Assembly (NCBI RefSeq): GCF_026210795.1
Contig: NC_089435.1
Coordinates: 3,286,001 to 3,350,000, forward strand
Length of the DNA stretch: 64,000 nucleotides
DNA from: Rhizophagus irregularis
Lineage: Eukaryota
Direction of reading: 5' to 3'
Of the stretch, positions 42,071-51,039 are shown piece after piece (the stretch's first letter is position 1; every line of letters starts with the position of its first letter). Below the pieces are notes generated by a model. The model ran no database searches, was not told where the DNA came from, and saw nothing but the letters and a program-made list of their open reading frames with translations. The position numbers and the translations under genes are program-made.

Positions 42071-45000
42071 ATGTCAACACATCAAGCAAGAAGTGCCCAA
42101 CACAGACAAGTCACCCGATCAGTTCTAGCTGAACTCAAGCAGGTACCTGTCAAGTCCATCCCATATCCCCGCTCAAATGCAAAATTGCAGGAATATGAGG
42201 ATGAGATCCGCCAAATCCGTGAAGCACAAGCGGCGGTAACCAATGAAGAGATAACCCGCATGATGCAAATTGATCCAGACCCACATTATGAGGTAGTCTT
42301 TGAACGTCGTGATCAGGTACGTATAGGAAAGGAGTTAACAGACTCAAACTTTACGGCTGATATTGCTATAGGAACACCTGGAGAGCATGACTATGCTTCA
42401 TTTCTTACAGCACACAGTCAAACAATCCAGAATATTCTTCAGGATGAAAGAAATCGATTGGGATCAATAAAAGTAAGAATTGGAATATTTGCCACAATAA
42501 GACGTTTAGATTCTTACCTTGAGGGATTATTCGGAGATGGTAACTTTAGTGAAGATGATGGAGTAGAGTATATCTACAGATATAACATACCATTTAAAAC
42601 TCGCAATATGCCAATCCTACCATCAACAGATATTAATGGTACATTTAACTTTGCATTAGCAAGAATCATGCAGAAAGTAGAAGACTATGTAAATTACGGA
42701 TCAGGTTGGGAATTCTATCGTGTAGAAAAAATATTTATAGAAATCTCGCAATTTCAACCACCCACAGGAGCAGGACATATACCACTCCCAAAAGATCTTG
42801 CCACGAAAAAGGGAGTAGTAAATCCAGCTAATGATGATGACAAATGCTTCCAGTGGGCAATCCTAGCAGCATTACATCCAGTAGAAAAGAACGCAGAAAG
42901 AATTTCCAAGTATAAGGAGTATGTAAATGAGTTAAACTTTGAAGGTATCGAATTTCCAGTACAAGCTGATGAGGTAATTCTAAGAAGATTTGAGCGACAG
43001 AACCCAACTATTGCCCTCTGCATTTGTGAATGGCGTGACCACCGCCTATGCCCAATATATGTTACCGATAGGGATGATGCAGAGGGCCGTAAAATAATAG
43101 ATTTAGTACTTATCAGTAACGGGGAAAAGCAGCACTATTGCTGGATTAAGAATATGAGCCGTTTAGTAAATAAACGTACAAAAGATGGACATGCAACATT
43201 TGTCTGCCGATGGTGTATCTCCCACTTCACACATCAACAAGAAATCCATAACAAACATGTAGCAATATGTCGAGGATTAAAGAAAACCCCACAAGCAGAC
43301 CGAATGCCATCAGTAAAGAAAGGAAATGATATATATGAATTCAAGAACTGGAAACGCCGCATGCAAGTCCCATATTACTTTGTTGCAGACTTTGAAGCCC
43401 TAGTAATGGACATACCACCCACAGATGAAGACAAAGATAAGAAAACCAAGAAAGTACAAGAGCAAATCCCCTGCTCATACTCGTATATTAAGGTAAGATA
43501 TGATGGTGTAAGTGAATCACAGAAGATATTTACAGGAGAAAATGCAGCACAAAAATTTGTAATCGAAATGCTAAATGAGGCTGAAGCAATCCGTAATGAA
43601 TTCAGAAACCCAATGGAAATGATGCCGTTAACAACCCAAGAGCAAGCAAGTTATGATAATGCAATAAACTGCTGGATATGTCGTAACCCCTTAAATGGAA
43701 ATAAAGTAAGAGACCACTGCCATATTACAGGAAGGTATCGAGGTGCAGCACATAGAGGATGTAATCTTGACTTATCCATAAAACCTCGTGAAATGCATAT
43801 CCCAGTAATCTTTCACAATTTATCAGGATATGATGGACACATAATTATGCAAGGAATTGGTGCAATGGAATGTGAGGATGATATTGATCCTATCCCTTAT
43901 AACATGGAAAAGTATATGGCATTCAAGTTAGGTTCCCTCCGATTTATAGACAGCTTACAATTCATGAAATCAAGTCTCGACAAATTAGCATCCAATCTAG
44001 GTGCAGAAAAATGTAGAGCACAAGAATGTAGTAATCCACAACACTTATGGCGAATTGATGCAGGTAGATGCTTTGCACATCCCGAAAACTTTAAGATAAC
44101 ACGAAGTCAAATACCACCTGAATTACTCGAGATTTATCTTAAAAAAGGTGTCTACCCGTATGAATACATGGATGACTGGAAAAAGTTTGAGAAAACTAGT
44201 TTACCACCTAAAGGAGCATTTTATAGCAAACTTAATGAAACCCACATTAGTGATAAAGAATATGAATATGCACAGTATGTATGGGAAAAAGCAGGATGTA
44301 AAACAATGCAAGATTATCATGTCATTTATCTCAAAACTGACGTCCTCCTACTAGCCGATATATTTCAGAATTTCCGAGAAATGGCCTTGAAAAAATATGG
44401 GTTAGATCCTCTCTGGTATTATTCAACACCAGGCTTCGCATGGGATGCACTATTCTTAATGACAGGGCAAAGATTGGATCTTATAACTGACCAGGACATG
44501 TACATGATGGTAGAACAAGGATTACGTGGTGGAATCTCTATGGTAAGTAAACGATATGCTCGTGCAAATAATCCAGGTATGGGAGAAGGTAAATGGACCG
44601 CAGATAAGCCCAAGTCATCTATTCTATACTTAGACGCAAATAACCTATATGGATGGGCCATGTTGCAATACTTACCTACAGGTAACTTCCACTGGATAAA
44701 GGAGGAAAACGAGTTATCTAACATTCAAAGGCAAATAGAAAGTAATGAAATACCAGACGATTCTTCTGAAGGATATATCCTTAAAGTTAAACTGGAGTAC
44801 CCTCAAGCCCTCCATTCACAACACACAGATTACCCCCTTGCACCAGAACGAATGAAGGTTAAGAAGGAATGGCTTAGTAAAAAGCAGCAGGAAATAATAG
44901 CACGCTCAGGACAACGATACACACCCACAGATAAGCTCATCCCTAACCTATTTGATAAGGATGAATATGTAGTTCATTATAGAAATCTCCAGTATTATGT

Positions 45001-45967
45001 TAGCCAGGGCTTAGTAATCAAGAAGGTCTATGAAGCTATAAAATTCGAGCAGGCTCCATGGATGAAACCATATATAGAATTTAACACCGCCGAACGTGCT
45101 AAGGCTAAGAATGATTTTGAGAAGGACTTCTATAAACTCATGAATAATAGTGTATTTGGTAAAACTATGGAAAATCTCAGGAAACGTGTACGTGTCTCAG
45201 TAGTACAACCCCAAACCCATCCCAAGAAATATAAAAAGCTTACCTCAGATCCTGCATTCAAGGGTCGTAAAATATTCTCAGAAAATCTTGTTGCAATCCA
45301 CCGACGAAAAGTGGAGGTAATGCTTAACCGTCCAACATATGTGGGTATGAGTGTGCTTGACCTCTCGAAGCTCTGTATGTATCAATTCTACTATGATACT
45401 CTTAAAGTACGATATGGTGAAAAAATCCAGTTATGTTATACAGACACAGACTCACTTCTTGTACAAATCCAAACTGAGGATATTAATGCAGACCTCATAG
45501 ATATGGCAGACCAATTTGACTTCAGTGATTATCCTAAAGATCATCCTGTACGAAAAGCATTAGGTGATAAGACTGACATAAATATGAAAATCCCAGGGAA
45601 ATTTAAGGATGAATGTAATGGAGCAGTTATAGCAGAATTTATTGGCCTCCGTCCCAAAATGTATTCCATTCTCAAGGTAGGGGATGAGACCACCAATCCA
45701 AAACATGGTATCCGTAAGGCTAAAGGTGTCCCCTCAAAGGTAGTTAAAAAAGAGTTCCACCATGAGCGGTATAATAAGGCACTCTTTGATCCTAAACATA
45801 ATGATACAGTCACCTTTAGAGCAATCCGATCTGATAGACATGCCATAAATGTTATAGAAATGTCGAAGGTAGGATTATCCCCTATGGATGATAAAAAATG
45901 GATTGCACAAGATAATATCACAATGTATGCACATGGAGATTATAGGATACCACAACTTGAAAATTAA
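42071..45967 (+). CDS. polB: Protein-primed family B DNA polymerase
   Basis: Exonuclease motifs ADFE, FHNLSGYD, YLKTDV; KGVYPYEY; polymerase motifs YLDANNLYG, KLMNNSVFGK, YTDTDS, KAKGV; EndoVII-like DHCHITG...RGAAHRGCN insert; 1298 aa, intact. Confidence 0.97.
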   Translation: MSTHQARSAQHRQVTRSVLAELKQVPVKSIPYPRSNAKLQEYEDEIRQIREAQAAVTNEEITRMMQIDPDPHYEVVFERRDQVRIGKELTDSNFTADIAIGTPGEHDYASFLTAHSQTIQNILQDERNRLGSIKVRIGIFATIRRLDSYLEGLFGDGNFSEDDGVEYIYRYNIPFKTRNMPILPSTDINGTFNFALARIMQKVEDYVNYGSGWEFYRVEKIFIEISQFQPPTGAGHIPLPKDLATKKGVVNPANDDDKCFQWAILAALHPVEKNAERISKYKEYVNELNFEGIEFPVQADEVILRRFERQNPTIALCICEWRDHRLCPIYVTDRDDAEGRKIIDLVLISNGEKQHYCWIKNMSRLVNKRTKDGHATFVCRWCISHFTHQQEIHNKHVAICRGLKKTPQADRMPSVKKGNDIYEFKNWKRRMQVPYYFVADFEALVMDIPPTDEDKDKKTKKVQEQIPCSYSYIKVRYDGVSESQKIFTGENAAQKFVIEMLNEAEAIRNEFRNPMEMMPLTTQEQASYDNAINCWICRNPLNGNKVRDHCHITGRYRGAAHRGCNLDLSIKPREMHIPVIFHNLSGYDGHIIMQGIGAMECEDDIDPIPYNMEKYMAFKLGSLRFIDSLQFMKSSLDKLASNLGAEKCRAQECSNPQHLWRIDAGRCFAHPENFKITRSQIPPELLEIYLKKGVYPYEYMDDWKKFEKTSLPPKGAFYSKLNETHISDKEYEYAQYVWEKAGCKTMQDYHVIYLKTDVLLLADIFQNFREMALKKYGLDPLWYYSTPGFAWDALFLMTGQRLDLITDQDMYMMVEQGLRGGISMVSKRYARANNPGMGEGKWTADKPKSSILYLDANNLYGWAMLQYLPTGNFHWIKEENELSNIQRQIESNEIPDDSSEGYILKVKLEYPQALHSQHTDYPLAPERMKVKKEWLSKKQQEIIARSGQRYTPTDKLIPNLFDKDEYVVHYRNLQYYVSQGLVIKKVYEAIKFEQAPWMKPYIEFNTAERAKAKNDFEKDFYKLMNNSVFGKTMENLRKRVRVSVVQPQTHPKKYKKLTSDPAFKGRKIFSENLVAIHRRKVEVMLNRPTYVGMSVLDLSKLCMYQFYYDTLKVRYGEKIQLCYTDTDSLLVQIQTEDINADLIDMADQFDFSDYPKDHPVRKALGDKTDINMKIPGKFKDECNGAVIAEFIGLRPKMYSILKVGDETTNPKHGIRKAKGVPSKVVKKEFHHERYNKALFDPKHNDTVTFRAIRSDRHAINVIEMSKVGLSPMDDKKWIAQDNITMYAHGDYRIPQLEN

Positions 45968-47022
45968 TATAATATATAAGTAGGAGGCAGCATAGTATCA
46001 GATGGCACAACTAATAATTCTTCTCGAGTAAATATTTTTTTAGGTCCATCAGATAACCTATATATAACCGGCTGCCCATCAACAACTGTGGAAGATTCAA
46101 TTGTATAAACTTTAGTAGACCATATTGGATCAGTTGCACGTCTCCTACCTTGGTAATCTGAGTTATCAAGTAAGTATCTCACAAGAGAACCAGCTGGTAA
46201 ACGTATTTCTTCTGCACCTACAGGTCTATCCTTCCGAATTTTTGAAGGTAGTGCATACACTTGATCTTTCTGGATTGCCTCAACTGGCAACATACCTAGT
46301 AGACGAGTATTAGAATTATTTAGCTCATTCACAATATCAGAAAGGTTCTTAACCCAGGCAGTATTCACACCTTCTGTAAGGAGTTCCTTTGCATCCTGTA
46401 TTTTGAAAAGTCTCTCTGCTAAAGTTCGATTATACCGTTCAACAATAGCCTGACTCTTATGAGTAGTACCCACCCGAATACGCACACCTTTTTCATCCAT
46501 TAATCGGATAACTTCATCCTTAAATTCTGATCCCCCATCTACTTGTAAAACTCTTGGCCAAATAAGCGGGCAGTCTGCTTTACCATAAATCTTTTTAAAT
46601 GCCTTAGCAACACGTGCAGAGCTGCGATCTTCTAGAGGTACTGAAGCTTTATATCGGCTAGCAACATCTACAATATTCAGACAGTATTTATACAGCTTTC
46701 TATCTACAGTATCATAGGGCATATATAAGATATCTGCTTGATGATACATATTTGGTCGAGTAATCTTATTAAAAGAAACCTGTGGAACATACTTGGGTAT
46801 AGGTAAGTGTATTTGCCATATAGCCTGTTTATGCAACCACTCTGTAATATCAGATATATTAAAATCATGGCCTTCAGCTTGCACTTTAGCCCAAAGTTTT
46901 TCAGGAGTACGATAATATCCACATGGATGGTAATAGATTTGTTGAAGGATATAATTTTGTTCGATTTGTTTATTAAATGTAGGGTCTATAAAAATCTGTG
47001 GAACTGGCAATGGAAGATACAT
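45964..47022 (-). CDS. Retroviral-like (rve) DDE integrase, Polinton type
   Basis: HQADIL, VDVASRY, QVDGGSEF, IVERYNRT (D-32-E spacing); first ATG at 47022. Confidence 0.95.
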   Translation of the reverse strand: MYLPLPVPQIFIDPTFNKQIEQNYILQQIYYHPCGYYRTPEKLWAKVQAEGHDFNISDITEWLHKQAIWQIHLPIPKYVPQVSFNKITRPNMYHQADILYMPYDTVDRKLYKYCLNIVDVASRYKASVPLEDRSSARVAKAFKKIYGKADCPLIWPRVLQVDGGSEFKDEVIRLMDEKGVRIRVGTTHKSQAIVERYNRTLAERLFKIQDAKELLTEGVNTAWVKNLSDIVNELNNSNTRLLGMLPVEAIQKDQVYALPSKIRKDRPVGAEEIRLPAGSLVRYLLDNSDYQGRRRATDPIWSTKVYTIESSTVVDGQPVIYRLSDGPKKIFTREELLVVPSDTMLPPTYILY

Positions 47023-49341
47023 CGTTAAAGACACAGATTACAAAGCTTGCACATACATTGCAATCACAAGAGCAATATATAAAATACCTGTATGGTGTAA
47101 TCGAGGGTCATGAATCTGAGATAGAAGAACTTAGGCAAAAAAATGCTGAGTTGCGTGCAAAGCTTAAGAAAGCATTAGAAACGGCATCACTAAAGGAGGA
47201 AGGGCTTCAAGCATTAGAACGTCAGCTGATTGAAGTTGATACTCTAAATATTCAACTCAAAGATCGAATAAAAGAACTTGCTAATAGACAACGGAAAAAC
47301 ATGGCAGCAATTCCTCCTGACCCTATTACAGAAATCTTAAATAATCGGACAACTATAGCAAATAGTGTAGCTGGTATTCACCTTGATCGTACAACTATAG
47401 CAGCACACCCTCATATAAATCATTTATTTAACACTGCAAATGATAGTCTTGATGCCATTATCCGATATGCTAATGAGTTGCGAAATATTATAGAAGATCA
47501 AGATAATATGGAGGATAGACTTGAAGGTTTGTTAGATGATGCACATAACCGTGAAGAATATCTTAGACGAGAACTTAATAATACACGTGCTACTATACTA
47601 AGAACAAGACGTACCTATGAGGATGCATATGCAAATGAAGTGCGTCATCGCCAACATTGGGAAGGCCTTGCACAAAATACTCAGATCCAATTGGCTAACA
47701 TCCAGGCTCAATTTGCTAACAGTCAAATCCAACTAGCTAATGTCCAGAGAGAACGTGATGAGAGTAGAAGAAATGCTCATAGATTATTACAGCGCTATAA
47801 TACTGAAACAGAGCGAAGTAGAAGGCGGGCTAATGGTATCATTCAGCAAGCTCGAGCATGGAGAGGGCAATTTTTAAACTGTCGCAATCATGGTCAAAAT
47901 TTGCAAAATCAGGTCAATAATTTGAATCAACAGATTCTAGCATTACAAAATAACCCTCCGGTAATACAACAACCTATAATGGCAGGATATGCACCTAAAA
48001 AATTTAGAGGAGCATCTGGTGAAGATCCAGAACTTTGGCTTCAAGAATTCAGGCAATGGTGTGAGTCTGCTGGACTTGATCCTGCTGCTAATGCTAGGAC
48101 TCGTGTTAGGATTCATGGGATCTTTGAAACTTTACTTGAAGATGATGCTAGAGATTGGTATGAAAGCGCATATCAAAGGAAAAAATTGGGAATGTGTAAA
48201 TCTTCTGGATAATACTGGTGTGGCCACTCTTGCTGCTTTTAATGCTTTGAATAATGCCGCTATACAGGCTGTAGCGGCGAATCAATTTCGTGGAGGGGCT
48301 GGTGTATTACATGGACAAGCAGCTGCAGATAATACTATTACTGGTGCTAATTTTATACCTGATCATACTGTATGGGATGAAGATTGGTCAATAGTCGAGG
48401 GTCGTCCTACTGATATAGCTGTTAATAATCCTAATGCTAATAATGGAGGTACAATTGTGGCTCCTGGAATACGTATTGGACAATTAATATATCGTTTTAA
48501 GCATTACTTCCCTACTATAACATCTGAAAAGTCTAAGCTTGCATTTAATGCTATTGTTCAGGGTAGTGATACTGTAAGCCGATTCTATTCTAAATTACGA
48601 AGAATGGTTAGACTTGCATATCCAATTCTTCCAGAGGTAAATCAGAATGAATTAGTACGGCAACAGTTCTTAAATGGTCTTTCCAGTGAAAATAAGTTGG
48701 ATGCGCGACGTATTGGTTTAGAAAATTCAGTTGCATCTATTCTGAATAAATTGGAAGAAGTTGAGAAATACAGGACAGATATGCCACCTACTCCTATAGT
48801 TACATACCAGGGTCCAACTTTAGCGGATATTGAGAATCTTATAAATTCTAAAATTCCTATGACTACGGCTAAATCATCTGCAGTACCAGTACCATCTTCT
48901 AGTCCATTTTCAAGTCCTCAAAATGATACATCATTTCAGAGATTACTTGCTTTAGCATATAAATTAGGTCTTCCAAGAGATATCGATATAAGTAAAGTAA
49001 CCCTTAGTGATCTTGAAATATTTATTGATACAGAACTTAATAAAAATTTACCATCTGACCATATTTACCGTGGTAATCAGGTATTTGGTATAAGTTCAGG
49101 TACACGCAAACCAAAGAAATCAAAGAAATGCTCAAGTTGTGGAAAATCTGGTCATACTAAGAGTTCCTGTCCAAAATCTAAGAAGGGAAAGAGGAAAACA
49201 AATTATGCACATGACTCCTCTGATTCCTCTAACTCTTCTGACGCCTCTGACTCCTCTGACTCCTCTGATAGTGATTCAGACTCTGGACATGCCTGCTATG
49301 GATTAAAAAAAAAAGCCTACAGAAAGGAAACGTGTAGATAA
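47010..49341 (+). CDS. Coiled-coil plus Ty3/gypsy-like Gag (capsid and CCHC knuckle), one +1 frameshift near 48163
   Basis: PKKFRGASGEDPELWLQEF, LEDDARDWY, IVQGSDTVSRFYSKL, QFLNGL, CSSCGKSGHTKSSC; removing one A of GAAA joins the two ORFs as DWYEAHIKGKNW. Confidence 0.8.
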
Positions 49342-50215
49342 AAAGCCTACTGATAAGAAAAAATCACAACTTGAAAGGCAGCGTATTATCTTTGAGGTTT
49401 TTATACAACTCTTAAAGCTTCTGGTTCAATCCTTCGTTAATGCTGTACCAAAAGAGACTGTTATATCTGCTTACAATGCTCTGAATGCTGAATTCATTAA
49501 TTATAAAGAACCAGTACTCAGTCAGCTTAAAGGAGAACCCTCGATAAAAACACGTGAAAAAGTTTGGGATAATGTTAAGGACCTTTTCACATCTATCCTT
49601 CATCCTATGATTTCGGTTGTAACTAATAGTATGGCTGCAAATTTAATCCGTAAAAATGATGATGTTATATGTAATAATGACTTATGGTCTTCTATAGCGG
49701 GTATTGGAATTGTTAACCGCAAGTCTGCTAGTGATGTAGTCACTATTAAGACCAAAGTAGTCGCACCTGAGAGTGAAAAATCTTTAGTTATTCCTACGAC
49801 AATTTTTGATACTGGTTCTGATAGTTCTCTGATATCTAACAATATTGTAAAGCGCCTAAATCTTGACGTTGATAGAAGTAATGCTCCTGATCTTAGTGGT
49901 GTTGCAACAAAATCTGATACTATTGGGACAGTATATGGTCTTGGTATTCTTGTATATGATGGGGAGAACTCTAAAAAAATTGAAGATGACTTCATGGTTG
50001 TTAAGAGTGATAAGGACTTTTTATTGCTAGGTGTACCTTGGATTGATCGTGCTAATGTCATTCTAGATTTCCAAAATCGGCAACTGACCATCCCTCTATC
50101 ATCACGTAAAAAAATTACCATTCCAATTTCTCTACATAAACGGAAAACTAACGTGACTTCCTTGCAGATGGATACTATCGACTTAAAAAAAATTCACACT
50201 CTCGAGGAAGATTAA
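49307..50215 (+). CDS. Retropepsin-like aspartic protease ORF
   Basis: IFDTGSDSSLIS and LLLGVPWI motifs; frame is stop-free from the A10 run (49305-49314), ~100 codons before ATG 49607. Confidence 0.88.
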   Translation, partial: KKKPTERKRVDKKPTDKKKSQLERQRIIFEVFIQLLKLLVQSFVNAVPKETVISAYNALNAEFINYKEPVLSQLKGEPSIKTREKVWDNVKDLFTSILHPMISVVTNSMAANLIRKNDDVICNNDLWSSIAGIGIVNRKSASDVVTIKTKVVAPESEKSLVIPTTIFDTGSDSSLISNNIVKRLNLDVDRSNAPDLSGVATKSDTIGTVYGLGILVYDGENSKKIEDDFMVVKSDKDFLLLGVPWIDRANVILDFQNRQLTIPLSSRKKITIPISLHKRKTNVTSLQMDTIDLKKIHTLEED

Positions 50216-50334
50216 CCTGTCATCTATGTGGAGCAAGTTTTGACTTTCCCTCTAAGTTAAAGCGTCATCTTGCTAGGAAAAATCCATGTGTTTCCCAAAC
50301 TTCTGCGGCAATGATGGGCAGTGGCGGGCAGTGA
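50185..50334 (+). CDS. C2HC zinc-finger extension in the -1 frame of the protease ORF
   Basis: After TTA AAA AAA ATT the -1 frame reads KNSHSRGRLTCHLCGASFDFPSKLKRHLARKNPC...*; not in the ORF track. Confidence 0.65.
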   Translation, partial: KKNSHSRGRLTCHLCGASFDFPSKLKRHLARKNPCVSQTSAAMMGSGGQ

Positions 50335-50406
50335 CAGGGCAGTGCCCAAATTTTTTCGGCAGTGACGGGCAGTAACAGGGCAGTGCCCAAATTTTTTCGG
50401 TAGTGA
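50307..50406 (+). repeat. GC-rich GGCAGTG array with duplicated GGGCAGTGCCCAAATTTTTTCGG
   Basis: Direct reading; lies between convergent ORFs. Confidence 0.85.
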
Positions 50407-50422
50407 TTAGCCTTTACAAATA

Positions 50423-50935
50423 TTACATTTGCCATGTTACTCTGATTTCTAGGTCTTTACGGGTTTCTATGAGTTTTTCAATGGCATTTCTATTTTTAAA
50501 ATATCGACTATATCTGATATCTAGCTTTTGAAGGTTTGGTAATATATGCAGGATTTCACTTAGCAAATCTCTAACGTCACCTTTTCCACCATAGTATTGA
50601 TAATCTATTATGCTAAGTTCCTGGATATTGGGACAAGCTTGTAGCATTTTTACAATACAAATGGGCCATAATTTTACTCCATCCATATTAAGCTTTCTGA
50701 TATATTTTCCACATACTGTTCCTGGTTTTGTGAGATGTTTGTACATTTGGAACTCCTTAATATTATAGAGGTTATAAAGGTCTGTTTCACCCCATAGGAG
50801 AGAGTTTGCTACTACAGCCCATTTTCGACACACTAATGCATAATTGCAAAGATAATGCCAACGGGAGTAAGTACCTTCATATGAAGTTTTGAATATCTTT
50901 TCTAAAAGTTCGAAAGGTAAGCTATTGTTTGTCAT
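50423..50935 (-). CDS. Element-encoded F-box / short LRR protein
   Basis: LPFELLEKIF...ALVCRKWAVVANSLLW; CPNIQELSI and LPNLQKLDI. Confidence 0.85.
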   Translation of the reverse strand: MTNNSLPFELLEKIFKTSYEGTYSRWHYLCNYALVCRKWAVVANSLLWGETDLYNLYNIKEFQMYKHLTKPGTVCGKYIRKLNMDGVKLWPICIVKMLQACPNIQELSIIDYQYYGGKGDVRDLLSEILHILPNLQKLDIRYSRYFKNRNAIEKLIETRKDLEIRVTWQM

Positions 50936-51039
50936 GGTATCTCATATGAGATATTGATGAAGAAGTTTTATTTAATTAGATTTTTTCTTAGGATAAAATA
51001 ATTTGAACATTTCTTTTCTATCAATAGAAAAAACCAGAC

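Noticed and set aside
49213..49285. 9-bp GACTCCTCT repeat as a regulatory array
   Set aside because: It simply encodes the DSS low-complexity linker of Gag.
47010..50215. Intact nested LTR retrotransposon
   Set aside because: No LTRs, TSD, RT or RNase H seen; the integrase is on the opposite strand and Polinton-type. An old truncated capture cannot be excluded.
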